From Azolla caroliniana (taxonomy: Eukaryota; Plantae; Polypodiophyta): 64,000 nt of DNA. A program made the position numbers and the translations under genes. Shown here in pieces: positions 12,065-23,895 of this stretch (its first letter is position 1; each line of letters begins with the position of its first letter). The notes beneath the pieces were generated by a model. The model had not been told where the DNA came from and made no database searches. It worked only from the letters and a program-made list of their open reading frames with translations. The stretch covers positions 23,374,001-23,438,000 of the forward strand of contig JBHGNT010000003.1 of the NCBI GenBank assembly GCA_043228905.1. Direction: 5' to 3'.

Positions 12065-14618
12065 AGTTAATCACGTGGAACATACAAGGTCTTGGTGGAA
12101 GCAAGTGCATGATGGAAAGGAAGAACTTTTGTCAGGAGTTCAAATCCCCGTGCTTTAAGGGGATCCCGGACATTTTGCTCTTGCAAGAGCATCATTTGTG
12201 TGCGGACAGAATCTTGAGTATTGGCAATCCTCTTGAGGGGGATTGGCATACATTTTGGTCTCCAGCTCAGGGTGAGCATGGTAGAAAAGGAGGTGTTTGT
12301 ACATCTATTAGGCACAATCCGGATATTGTGGTCGTGGGTCAGGACACCATAGTGGAGGGACAAGCCATTTGTGTGTCGATGCGTGGATCCTTGCAGGGGA
12401 TTTTAACATGACTTTGCACACAGAGGACAAGGTGGGTGGCACTCATACAGTGGTCCAAGGGTCAGAGCTAGTGGCTTGGGATCTGTTGATGGGACGATTA
12501 GGAGTGAAAGATGCATGGTATGTTCTAGAAAAGCCTCGGAGTTCACTAAGCTTTTCAAGAGCAGGTTGTAGTATAAATGGCTTTTGCATGTCTCGCATAG
12601 ACAGAATTTACATAAGCTCAGAACTTGAAAAATATGGTAATAATGTTGAAATAATCGCTGGTTCAGCTTACTCTGATCATATGCCGGTTCAGATTACATT
12701 AGTCAATTAGAGGTGGCCAAATAGAGACCGCAACATGAGGATCAATAGTAAGCTTTTTGAGGATGCGGAAGTGGGAAGTAAGATAAGGTGCATATGGGCA
12801 ACTAAGCCAGCTGGTTGTGGTGCACTTGAGTCACTTAGTATCTGAAAGATTATCGAAACTTCACTATATTTGCACGTAGAGACTAAAAATAGAATTGCAA
12901 AGTCTAAAGAAAGAGAAGTGGGATTAAGAAGATCAATAGCAGCTGCCCAAAGAATGCTTCAGAAAGATCCCACGTGTCAATGGTCTAGAGCCGGTCTTGA
13001 GGCTGCTAGAGTAACGTTACAATGGTTGATTACGTCTAGAAACACGATGTTATTCAGGAGTTCCGCGGCATGGTGGAGTAAGAATGGGGATAAGGTAAAT
13101 CATCAATTTTTTAAGTATAAAAAGCCGAGATCAAACTGTAGTTGTAATCCTAAGCTGATTAAGGAGGATGGATCAGCATCGGAGGATGTGTCAGAGATCA
13201 TGGAGGCACTCACAACTCACTATCGTGGGTTACTCTCATTCAGTTCTAGTATCCCCGAACAGCCTAATCTAACAGAATTTGTATTGGAGGGTATGCAACA
13301 AAGAATTTCAGAGGTTGCACAAGTTCATTTGTCAAGGCCAATCTTGGAAGAGGAGGTGTCAGATGCTTTGGCGGGTATAAGTAGAACGTCTTGTCCAAGC
13401 ATCGACGGATTATCAAGAGATTTTTTTGAAAACTTTTGGGAAGTGATTAAGGTTGACTTGGTTGATGGTCTTAATGAGGCATGGGCTCTTGGCCGTTTAC
13501 CTGAGCATTTTAAAGAGGGGCTGATATTTCTAATTCCAAAGGTACAAGGCCTAATAGCTGATGCAAGGCAATGGAGACCGATTACATTGCTCAACACAAT
13601 TTATAAGATTTTTGCCAATATACTGGCCAAGCGGGTCAAACCCCACTTGAATGCACTAATTAATGTTGGACAAACAAGATTCATGGTAAACAGATGCATA
13701 ATTGATAATGTGTTGACCTTTTGGGAGGCGATTGCCTTGGCAAAGAAAACCAATCAACATATTGCATGTCTCATGCTTGACTTCGAGAAGGCGTATGACA
13801 GAGTACAATGGCCTTTCTTAGTTAAAGTGATGGAGAGGTTGGGACTACCCTCCAAATGGAGATCGGCTGCGTTAGCCCTTTACGAAGGAAGTTTGAGTAG
13901 GGTGATGGTGTCAGGGCATCGGGGCCCACGAATTCCATTATGCAAGTCTGTCAGGCAAGGGTGCCCGTTGGCCCCCTACCTTTATTTATTTATTGCAGAG
14001 GCATTCTCTTTCTTTTTAAACAAACCAGATGCAGGAATAAGGGGGTTAGTTGTCCCACAAGCGGGCAAGGAGTTGTTGGACTCATCATACGCAGATGACA
14101 CTATGCTCTATCTACAAGGCAATGATGATAATTTACAGCTTGCTGAAAGTCGAATTGAGTTGTTTTGTAGAGCATCAGGAGGGAAAATCAATTGGAACAA
14201 AAGCAAGGGATTTTGGGTAAGTTCAAACCCATGGCCTCTTTGGTGCCCTAATGCTGATTTTCAATGGGTCCCCAATGGAATGGCTGTTAAATATTTGGGT
14301 TTTTTGGTGGGCGTTGAGACACCCAAAAATCAGCAACTTGAGCAAGTGAAAGACAAAATCAGAAAAAAGCTTCGGGTGTGGGCATCAGTAAAGCTCTCTC
14401 TTGCAGGTACGGTGGTCGTGGTAAACAACATTTTGTTAGCCACCATGTGGCACTCGGTGGCATGTTGGGTGTTAGACAAAACTTGCATCAAAAATATTAA
14501 GGCAATGGTGAGAGGGTTCCTATGGTCGGGTAGAGATCATGAGAGGGAACTCGGATGCAGCAGACAGGGCTCGCTCAAAGTTTTTGCTGAAATGGGGTCG
14601 CTCTCCTATGATGGTTAA
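12061..14618 (+). pseudogene. LINE ORF2 (APE endonuclease, reverse transcriptase), frameshifted and deleted
   Basis: MKLITWNIQG, LQEHH, GDFN, SRIDRIY, SDH (APE); WRPITLLN, LDFEKAYDRV, QGCPLAP, YADD, KYLG (RT). The ATG at 12061 overlaps the ORF1 stop (ATGA). Confidence 0.92.
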
Positions 14619-16999
14619 TTCAGCGTCTGGTCCTAAATGGAATTACCAAGCACCAAGATGGCTGTTTCCGCCATTGGCTTCGTTGTGAATATGTGGTCAC
14701 CATGGTGGTCACTATGTAAAAAGAGGCAGTGGGTTACTCTTGTTGTAAATAGTTAGGTGAGGATTATGATGTTTTGATTATGGCTGTTCTTCGATGTAAT
14801 TCTTTTGCTAACTAATGGGAAGTAGTGTTTTTTTGGAAAAAAAAAAAAAAAAAAAAAACATGGCTACACAATATTCATTGTAATGTTAGATTATCTTGTA
14901 TCTTGCCTTTGGCCACTTTAATTTTAATATTAATGGAGGATAGTTTTTTTTTTTTAAACTAATGGGAAGCGCCATTTCTTCAAAAAATAAACTTTAGCCT
15001 CCATAGTAAGTTGTGTCATTAGTTCCAAACAAAGGACATGCTTGTAAAGAATCTCGATGAGGATAAATTATGGACTATCTACAATAAATAGTGAGCCACT
15101 TGAAATGATACAAACTTTGAATGCCTTCTTCTAGTCATGTGGATGGAATGAACCGGCTAGTTGTCACATGGAAAGGGAAAGAGGATGGATCTATACATTT
15201 GAGGACAAACATATACAATGAAAGAAGAATCAAATGGTTGGTGCTTATGCAATACTTTAACAAATGCTTCTATTTGAGGTCGAAGTATTCGGGTAGCTTG
15301 TCTAAGTCCAAATTTAAGAGAAAGTTTGAATCCAAAAGAGCTTACGTTTGAAGTTTATTCATTCATGTCAAAATATAGATGTCATACATGCTCCTACTCC
15401 GTGCGATGAGATCACTTCTCAATGAGGTCATATGCATGGACAGAGTTATGGAGTGCATGTTTAAAAATAGAAAAGAAACCTCACATCAACTTCCAACTAG
15501 AATGGCATTGCTAGCAAGTAATTAAAAAGGTCAAAGCGAAAGCAAAATTTTGAGCTATGGCACAATGCTATATATGTATAAATAGTTTGGAAGATGGGAT
15601 GCATGCTTCATGATGATAAATAGATTATTTGCCAATACATCATGGCTTGGGAGAGTTGTGGATTTTTATGCTTCACACTTTATTATAACATTTATTGCAC
15701 CAAACTACAAAACAATCTTCTACTCCAAATAGGTTGAGAGTAGTTAGTACCCAATGTGTTATTCACAATCCCTGACATCACTTTTGTAAAACTCAATTAA
15801 CATTGTCTTCTACGACATTCCAACTTTGATCACATTCAAGCTTGATAGCTCTCACTTTCAATAGAACCTATCTAATTGCACATATCTAAATGTGCACAAA
15901 GATTGTTAAATAGTCAAGTTATGGTCTTCCAAGATAACAAGGAAGCATTTACAATTTATCACTTTGTCAAATGGCCTTATACCTATTGATATATAATATT
16001 GCACATGTTCTAAGTTGTATTATCAAGATGTTAGTTCTATTGATCATATCTTGAATGCATTGTTTAATACAAACACAAATTCTCCTCTTGTATGCAATGT
16101 TAGCCATGGTACTCTTCACTTGTATCATACCTCTAAAGAGCATTGGCAAGCACTGAGATATGTCAAATGTGAACATTCATAAATGCACGCATATGCTGCA
16201 AAGGACCTTTAATATATAAAAATGATATAGCATCATGAGTTAGATGATAGTAGTGTATTATCTACAAAATCTGGATACACCAAGATTTAAATAGAAGTTT
16301 GAATAAACCAAGCAAAATAGACATCCAAAAGAGCATAGTGATATAAGGCTTGCAATGACGTGTATAATTTCTCTTCGACATTAATTCAAAGAAACTTTCG
16401 CCTTAACATAACGATCCACGATTTGCATCTCCAAATTGACGGCCTAAAACAAATTTTCAATTTGAAAATGGAGTAAACCTGTATGAGTATTCAATCTCAT
16501 ATTGTTCTTTCCAAAGGAAGGTTAAGTATCTAGGCTACTACATATAAAAAAAACTATATGAGATTTTGAGAAAATTTATGTATGTGCACATCCCTTGGCT
16601 TCAATGTTTGATCATTCACACAAAAAGAAAGACCATATTTTGGCAAGATCTAGATATTATCATTTTCTTAACATGGATCCTTCATACAAAGAACAAGGTC
16701 AGGAGAAATAGGCATTTTGATACACATGTACGCTCACACATACAAGCTAATGGGAAACACAATGAAATATGAAGAAGACTAGTGACAAATGTTTATTGAG
16801 GTTTGATTATTTTCCAATATTTTACATCATTAAATTCCCATTAAAAAAAAATGAAATTTGGATGAATAAACAAACAAAAAAATATTTGCTTATGAGAAGA
16901 ATAGTGCAAAGAAGAGAAGGCATTGGACATCGGAGTCTTCTTTTTCTTTTTTTCAAAAAAGATTTCCTTCATTGGTATTAAGAAAAAGTGCTGGAAGGC

Positions 17000-18095
17000 T
17001 AGAGTGTTATATACAAAAAAGATGATCAAGGCAAGGGCCATGGGTGATGATAATTCTGGATCGGCATGGCTTGCAAAGGATAGGTGTTAAGAGTCCCAAT
17101 ATACTAGCTTACGCTTGATTGATAACAACAATGGTGATAGCATCACTTCAAATGGTAAATCTATACCAACAAAACAACCTAAGTAACGAATGGGCTCCCC
17201 ATGATTAAACCAACGGAATGCAAGGCTTGGATACCACGCTAGACGCGGTTCATCACTGGCCCAAAGGCCTACAGATTTATTCCAATTGAGAGAGGCTCTA
17301 GTAGGATCTGAAAATATCTGCAAAGCATTCATGTATCCGATCATGATTAATAACATCTCCATGAATATAAAGAGTAGTGTCATCTGCAAACTCAGCATCA
17401 AGAACTGCCGAGTTTGCAATAGGTAAGGCTATTGCTTGGATGGCCGCCGTCGAGGATCTGAGAAAAGATGATAGAGCTTCCCCAAATAGAATGAAAAGAA
17501 AAGGTGCTAACGGACAACCTTGTCTGACAGATCCGGAAATTGGAAATAATGTACCATTGCCTCCAAAAATAGAACCGAGCTAGAAGCATGTCTATATAAT
17601 GCAGACACACCTTTTATCCATGCACTTGGAAACCCTAATCTTAAGAGAATTGCCTCTAGAAAGTCCCAATCTACTTTATCATATGCGTTCTCAAAATCTA
17701 ATAATAGTATAGCAAGGGATTGTTTGTGATGTTGAGCCAATGCAATCATCTCCCAAAAAAGGAAGATATTGTCAAAGATGCTTCTATCTTGAAGGAATCT
17801 TGATTGTGTATCATGTATAATCACGGGAAGCAGCGGTCACATTCTATTGGCTATAGTCTTTGCTACTATTTTATAGATGTCGTTAAGCAATGTTATTGGA
17901 TGCCATTTTGAGATTTCATTACATTGAGCATCTGATTTTGGAATCATGTATATGATTCCTTCCGTCCATTCATCGGCCATATTCCCTATTGAGAAAATTA
18001 AATTAACTGCTCTAGTAAGAATAGGCCCCAACAAGTCTCAATAATGCAAATAGAATACCACTCTTATGGCATCCTTTCCAGGACACACATATGTC
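17000..18095 (-). mobile_element. Degenerate LINE RT fragment
   Basis: KWHPITLLNDIYKI, LDFENAYDKVDW, EFADD and IRYLG motifs spread over frameshifted ORFs. Confidence 0.85.
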
Positions 18096-18209
18096 ACATT
18101 TTGTCCAAGATTACCTATGCTTGCAATAGGTTTTATTTGGTGTTAGATTTCCCTTAACAAGTGAGGAATGTTCGTTTTTATGAAAGAGAAATATAGAGAT
18201 TCCTAACAT

Positions 18210-18345
18210 GAAATATTTTTTTCCAAAATGAAGCTACTTTCCCATTAGTTAGGAAGGATTATTACAAGGAGGCTTATACATAAATCGGGGAATTAGCCTC
18301 CGAAAGTTCAAGAAATTTACTTAGGGATTTAGCCGTTGTCCAGAC
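18210..18345 (-). mobile_element. Short 3'-end LINE copy (heavily 5'-truncated or SINE-like)
   Basis: Reverse complement resembles the LINE tail at 8320-8430 (CCCCGATTTATGTA...CTAACTAATGGGAAAGTAGCTTC...GGAAAAAAA). Confidence 0.75.
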
Positions 18346-18399
18346 TTCGGTGTCTATAAATGGTTGAAGCAACTAGAAAAGCCATTACATGAGTGGCCT

Positions 18400-18670
18400 T
18401 CTGTTGTATTGTTTTTAGTACAAGTTGTCTCTTATTAATATCTTTCTCTGATATACTTCAGGTTCAATTGATTGAAGAACTCTTTATTAACCCTATCCTA
18501 CTTCTTTGACCAGGAAGCTATATTACGTTGGTAGAAATACAAGCCTCTCTCTTGTTGCTTCTTTTAAATTTCTTTCTACTTGTTGTAAATCCGAGAGCAA
18601 CATAGGCGAGGTTGGATATTTTTCCAATAACTTTTGTGTTGTAACCAATGCCTGACACAAATTAGCAATC
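18400..18670 (-). mobile_element. LINE ORF2 linker fragment
   Basis: Minus strand translates as LCQALVTTQKLLEKYP...RVNKEFF, matching the EN-RT linker of the other LINEs here (AAAQRMLQKDP...DKVNHQFF). Confidence 0.55.
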
Positions 18671-18723
18671 CGTGAAGGCCTCCGCGAAGGCAACATAGGT
18701 GAGGTTGGATATTTTCAAAAGAA

Positions 18724-19939
18724 CGGCCTACGCGAACTCATCGATTGTTGGATATTTCGACTGGTCACCTTGTTGATCGGCTGCAGGTCCTGAATAAAGC
18801 GCAGTGTGCCGTTCTTCTTCGGCATCATAAACCACTGGTTTGAATAAGGAGCACTCAACGGCTCGAGGATGCCCATCTCCACTTTTTGCTTGAGCATCTC
18901 CATCAGCTTCGGGATGTGAGCCCTCAGTACCGCAATCGGTTTAAGGCTCCACGGCACATGTGGTACCGTGAAGATCACCATTGTTCTACGATAGTCGGGT
19001 CTACGCACCTGATTTCCCCCGGCGAGAATGCAAAGGCTTTCCCGTTCCTTTCGAGCATCCTCCGAAACCGGTCCTCCTCCGCGGGCAGTAGGAAGCCACC
19101 CCCATTGATCTTGAGCTTCCGCAGCGTCTCTTCGGTGAATTGGTGTCCTATGCCAACCGGATCTTGTAAACTCGGGTCCCTCACGACCCCTCTCATCCGT
19201 CCCCAACTATCCTCTAGCAAGGGAGCCGCGACTGGCCTCACCTTCCGGTCCATAGTCTTGTACTTGGTGTCTACTCGGGCGGTCCGATCCGGTCCGATCC
19301 GACCCGATCATCTTCCCGAAGTCTATGATGACTTCATACATCTCAACGGAATTTACCGGAATGACCCGGTCTTCGCTAAGATCCTCTTCGACTATCTTCT
19401 CGATCACCCCAAGGGTGTCATCGAATGAGACTGCCTCCATGGCGCCACTGATCTCATCATTGAAGCCTAAGGAGTCGCGTGCCTTCAAGCGTCCTTCAAC
19501 TTGTTTCTTCTCCTTCCAACCAATGTCGGTTATTAACAGAGGGCCAAAAACTCCTACCTAGTATACAGGTGTGGGGTTTCTTCTGGTCGTCTGGACTATC
19601 ATGGCCCCACGCCTTGATAGCCCTCTTCAAAAATCCTCTCGGCCATCGTTACTGAGAGTATTACGATTCCTCTCATGGTTCGGCCGGACTGTCAAGAATT
19701 GGACGGAATGCCGACCGTCCTGGCTCTTCACCTGCGTATACGCAGAACTGTTGTCCATCACATTGGTCTCCATTCGTGCCACTGTAATATAGGGTTCACC
19801 GAGAATCACTTGATGAGAGGATGTCTCCTGCACGAAGAAGTGTTGATCGATCTCGACATCCCCGACCTTCACTCGGACATTCGGGCACGCCCCGTGTAGC
19901 TCCTCCGTGGCTTGATCGCCGCACGTATCTTCCACACGT
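18724..19939 (-). mobile_element. Ty3/Gypsy pol fragment (protease C-terminus to start of RT)
   Basis: ELHGACPNVRVKVGDVEIDQHFFVQ..VILGEPY, then IFTVPHVPW..GILEP..YSNQWF..KKNGTLRFIQDLQPINKVT. Confidence 0.88.
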
Positions 19940-22087
19940 TGTCGCGTTGCTACGCGCGTGTGTGGAGAACAAGGCGGGACCACTAGGGTCTTGGACCGAG
20001 GAATAGGTGAGGAAGCGAAAGGAGAGAGAGAGAGACACGGTCACACACGGATAGACAAAGAAGCGCGCGGGAACACAGCCCAGCAACACAAGAGACACCA
20101 GTTGGGCAGGAGATAGAGTATAAGAACGCGTGTATAAATATATGTATGCAGATGACTCGAACAGTTACAGCCGATCAGGTCGGCGAGACGGGTGCCGACG
20201 CCTGATCACCCACGCACACAGGGGAGCAAGATGGAGATTCTATCAGAAGCACACGGGCGTTCCACGGAGCAAAATCAGCCTCTCGAGAACCTGCGCAAAG
20301 AAAGCTATGGAGAATGACAGAGGAGAAGAGCTCGGTCCCAGTCCGACAGCACTTCGTCCCCTCTAGCGCGCGATACCCTCTCTCCCCGTCTCCCTCTCTT
20401 TTATAGCTCAAGGAGGGAGGCCGTTCCACTCGTTTACATCACATTAATTCTCTGTCCTTTCGGACAGAGATACTCCTCAATTCTCCCTATAGAATATTGC
20501 TACCTAGGTTTTGACCTTTGTGCCTACCTATCTATCATACAACAAGGGGCGTGCCCACGTGTAAGGGCCGGTTCGCATACGCTATACACGGTTTGCGCCA
20601 GGGGACGGTTTTCTTCACGACATCCGCCCCCACCTAACCGCGCATCCACCGGTATGCGCCAAAATTGGGTTCCTACCGGAGAAAACTGGTCCTTGCTTGT
20701 ATTCCTCGTTTACCGGTTCGTCCTCCGCCTCGGGCTGCTCGTCGCTGTTGTCCATGCTCCCTAGCTCCGGCTCACCGTCGTGTCGTTTCTTGAACGCTTT
20801 GATCCTCTTCCCCGCTACCGGTATCGCCATTCTCGTACCGTCGAGTTCCGCGGACGGTACGTCCCATTGTCGTTGGCGCTTGTTACTACGTAAGGCCCGA
20901 ACCACCTCCTCGCAAACTTCCGCATGGCCCTGTGCTGATTGTCGAGGTTGCTGTCGTAGACTAGCACCCAGTCGCCTTCCTCGATCTTCCTTGGCTGGAG
21001 CCGGTGTGTTCGGTCGAACCGGGCTTTGTTCCTTATCCTCGCTACCCGAAGTTTCTCCGCGGCCCGCTCTACGTCCTCCGGCCTCCGTTCGAGCTGTCGA
21101 ATCCGCGCCGCCAACAGTTCCTCCCGACTCATCTCATCCCTCCAGTCCACCGTGGCCCACGAGGAGATCGTTCACTCTGCTGGCATGATCGGCTTCTGTC
21201 CGAACATAAGCTCTGCCGGCATGAACCCGGTTACCGAACTGTGCGTAGTCCGGTCCGCCCACAAGGCATAAGGTAGCAGTCGTGGCCAGTTCCCGACTTG
21301 GCCTCCGCACGCCCGTACTAGCGCTTTGAAAATCGGCCCGTGTCCGCGCTCTACCTTCCCGTTCGCCTCCGGATTGTACGCTGTGGTGAGCGAAAGTTTG
21401 ACTCCTAGCCGGTCGAACAGCTCTTCAGCCTCTTCTGCGTCCAACTCACCACGGCCAGCCACGATCTTCCCTACGCACCCGTATCGACATACCACGTCCT
21501 CAATCGAAAACCGGCACACGGCTACGGTCGTCTTGTTCTGCAAGGCTCGGCCTTCAACCTGGTTCGTTAGATCCTCCCGAGCCAGCACCAGATACCGCCT
21601 ACAAGAACCCGCCGATCTGCAGCCACTCCTCGTCGTACTTGCTCTCGTCAAAATCGTTAAGCGTTGGAGCGCATTCCCTGTCGGTTGTTACGTAAGCCGC
21701 CTCGAAGAAGTCCACGCCGACTTCCTCGTCCTCCGAAACCATGCCGCCCTCGTTTTCGAACCTCGCCCTTGAAAGCATGTCGGCCATGGCATTGTCTTTC
21801 CCGGAAATGTGTCGTATTTCCGGATTTAGGGACTTGATGTACGCTATCCACCTGAGCATTGCCAGGTCCGGCCTCGCGCATCCGGAAACCATGCCAAGAA
21901 TCGGCAGGCAGTCCATCTCGATAATTACCTCTGTCCCGATCAGGTAGTCTTTATCGGCCTTTACCGCCGAAACGATACCCCAGAGCTCACGTTTAACCTG
22001 GGCGTATCCTCGTTGTCGCTCGCTGAGGACGTTCGCGCCGAACCGGATCGGGAAACGCATGTCGTCCTCATCCTCTTGGTTGACGAC
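19940..22087 (-). mobile_element. Ty3/Gypsy 3' half: RNase H, integrase, PPT and 3' LTR
   Basis: RNase H (YAQVKRELWG...HISGKDNAMADMLSR) and integrase (AYNPEANGKVERGH; WFGPY); PPT TTAGGTGGGGGCGGA at 20637-20623; LTR 20622-19940 with TGTCG...CGACA termini. Confidence 0.92.
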
Positions 22088-22588
22088 ATGGAGCACAATT
22101 GAAGACTTGGTTCAATATAAAGTTCTAAAATTGGTATCCATATTCAAATTGTAGAGTAAAACTACATAAACCGTAATTATAAATATGTGGTTTTGGGTTT
22201 AGGAATAAAGTAGTACCCCACTTGTTGGACGGGTATATCGATAGTTTCATTGTATAATGTCATATAGTTCATGACAATGTAATTGGTAAGAGTAACAATT
22301 ACGTACGACATTCATTTATACTATGTGGAACCAGTAGACTTGAACCGTAGGTAACTAAAAACCTCTTATTATCAAAAACATTCGCCTTTTCATATACAGT
22401 CATGCTAACGGAAATGAGAAATTACAATATCATGTTAATATCTCAAACTGAAGAAGAGCATGGTGACCAATTATATGTAAATACAAACAACGGTTCCAAT
22501 AATGATTAAAAAGGGAAATTATGAATAGGTGAATTTAATTAAACGATAAACAATTACAGATGTTCTCATATACAAATATAATATGAAG

Positions 22589-23010
22589 TGATGGTGAACA
22601 TTATGCCTCAAAATCCTCAATTTTTACATTACGCCATCTACATCAATCTATAAGCAAATCAGGCTGAGCAGGCTCCTCTGGCGCTGATTGTTCTAGACTG
22701 TTTTCATTCGTGTCATCTCCAAGCTCTCCCGAATCTGATGTATGGTCAAACTGTGCTACATCTTCCAGGTCCACCAGCTCCCCTGCTTCTTCATCAATTG
22801 ATGGTGAACATTATGCCTCAAAATCCTCAATTTTTACATTACGCCATCTACATCAATCTATAAGCAAATCAGGCTGAGCAGGCTCCTCTGGCGCTGATTG
22901 TTCTAGACTGTTTTCATTCGTGTCATCTCCAAGCTCTCCCGAATCTGATGTATGGTCAAACTGTGCTACATCTTCCAGGTCCACCAGCTCCCCTGCTTCT
23001 TCATCAATTG
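22589..23010. repeat. 210-bp perfect tandem duplication (3' end of the methyltransferase gene)
   Basis: 22591-22800 is identical to 22801-23010; TG microhomology at the junction. Confidence 0.95.
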
Positions 23011-23706
23011 GTTCCATTGGTTCTCGTGAAGTCATCTGGAACATCTCTGTCTCGTTGATGTGTTTTGCTCCGACTTCTTGATCCTGATCTGGACAGTCCC
23101 AGATTCCTGTGATCCTCATTTTGATGAAGTTAACTTGAGCAAGGTCCTTCTCCAATGCAACACAGTTTCTAAACATCTTCAATGCACAAGCTGTCGTTGT
23201 ACCTAATGGTCGCATGAACACAAACAAGTATATATAAGAAGTAACGTCTTAAACTTGATAGATAAGATTGAAATTAAATATATATATTATACCTGTGCCA
23301 GAGAACAAGTCTAGGACCCAATCATCTGGATTCGAGAAGAGCTCTATGAGGCAGGACCTTCAACCGAAATCCGATGCAGTGCATCGGATTTCGGTTGAAA
23401 GTGCATCGGATTTTGGTTGAAAGGCAGGCATCGGATTTGCGTTGAAAGTCCTGGCTTTCAGAATTGCTTTCCAAGTTCGTTGTACAAAATAAAATAAAAT
23501 TTCTATGTGTTGAGGAAAGGAATCTTTAAGGAATCTTTAGGAATCTTAAAAAATGTAATGAATATTACTAACCTGACGATTTTCTTTCCCTTGTTCATGG
23601 TTCGTGCCGGAGGTAGTGCTGTCCACGATGTGCTTCTGAGTGCTCGAAAATTGGCCTGTGCTCTGAGCTCGATGGATTCTTTCACGTGATAATGAAAATG
23701 AAATTT
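22853..23706 (-). pseudogene. Spliced beta-class N4-cytosine/N6-adenine DNA methyltransferase-like gene (C-terminal SAM-binding half), disrupted
   Basis: Exon ~23485-23293 (minus the 23352-23453 insertion), GT-AG intron 23292-23203 and exon 23202-22853 give KAILKALIELFSNPDDWVLDLFSGT/GTTTACALKMFRNCVALEKDLAQVNFIKMRI plus an acidic tail. This fits motifs X-I-II-III of the N6_N4_Mtase family. A possible upstream exon lies at ~23706-23573, but its junction is unresolved and no DPPY/SPPY motif was seen. Confidence 0.78.
23352..23453. mobile_element. 102-bp fold-back MITE-like insertion
   Basis: Ends CAGGACCTTCAAC...GTTGAAAGTCCTG; internal repeats of GCATCGGATTT..GTTGAAA; perfect 20-bp-arm palindrome at 23359-23399. 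Precise removal restores the methyltransferase frame. Confidence 0.8.
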
Positions 23707-23895
23707 CTAACCTCCTTATATAGAAGACTTTAGCATTCTTTTTAAAATAAAAAATAATTTTTAATTATTTGTTTTTTAGGAAAATTTCGGAAAATAATAT
23801 AGTTAATCTAAGTGTTCGGGTAGTTATATAGTTAGGCTTCAACATTCCTTAATTTTCTCAAAAGAAGGTTTTAGAATACAGTTAGACTCCCTCAA

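Larger units (their letters stand above)
9506..14856 (+). mobile_element. L1-clade LINE retaining both ends (ORF1, broken ORF2, polyA), with internal deletions
   Basis: 15-bp TSD AACATGGCTACACAA at 9491-9505 and 14857-14871; polyA from 14837; ORF1 with zinc knuckle followed by APE and RT. Confidence 0.95.

Noticed and set aside
18886-21947. Numerous plus-strand ORFs over the Gypsy region
   Set aside because: Antisense shadows of GC-rich pol sequence.
22088-22590. Left TIR of the Sola-like element
   Set aside because: No inverted match to the 26780-26893 end was found by eye.
23486-23895. Intact 5' exons and catalytic DPPY motif of the methyltransferase
   Set aside because: No in-frame AG acceptor joins the donor at 23572 to the next exon, and no (D/S/N)PP(Y/F) is visible. 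A functional enzyme is not claimed.
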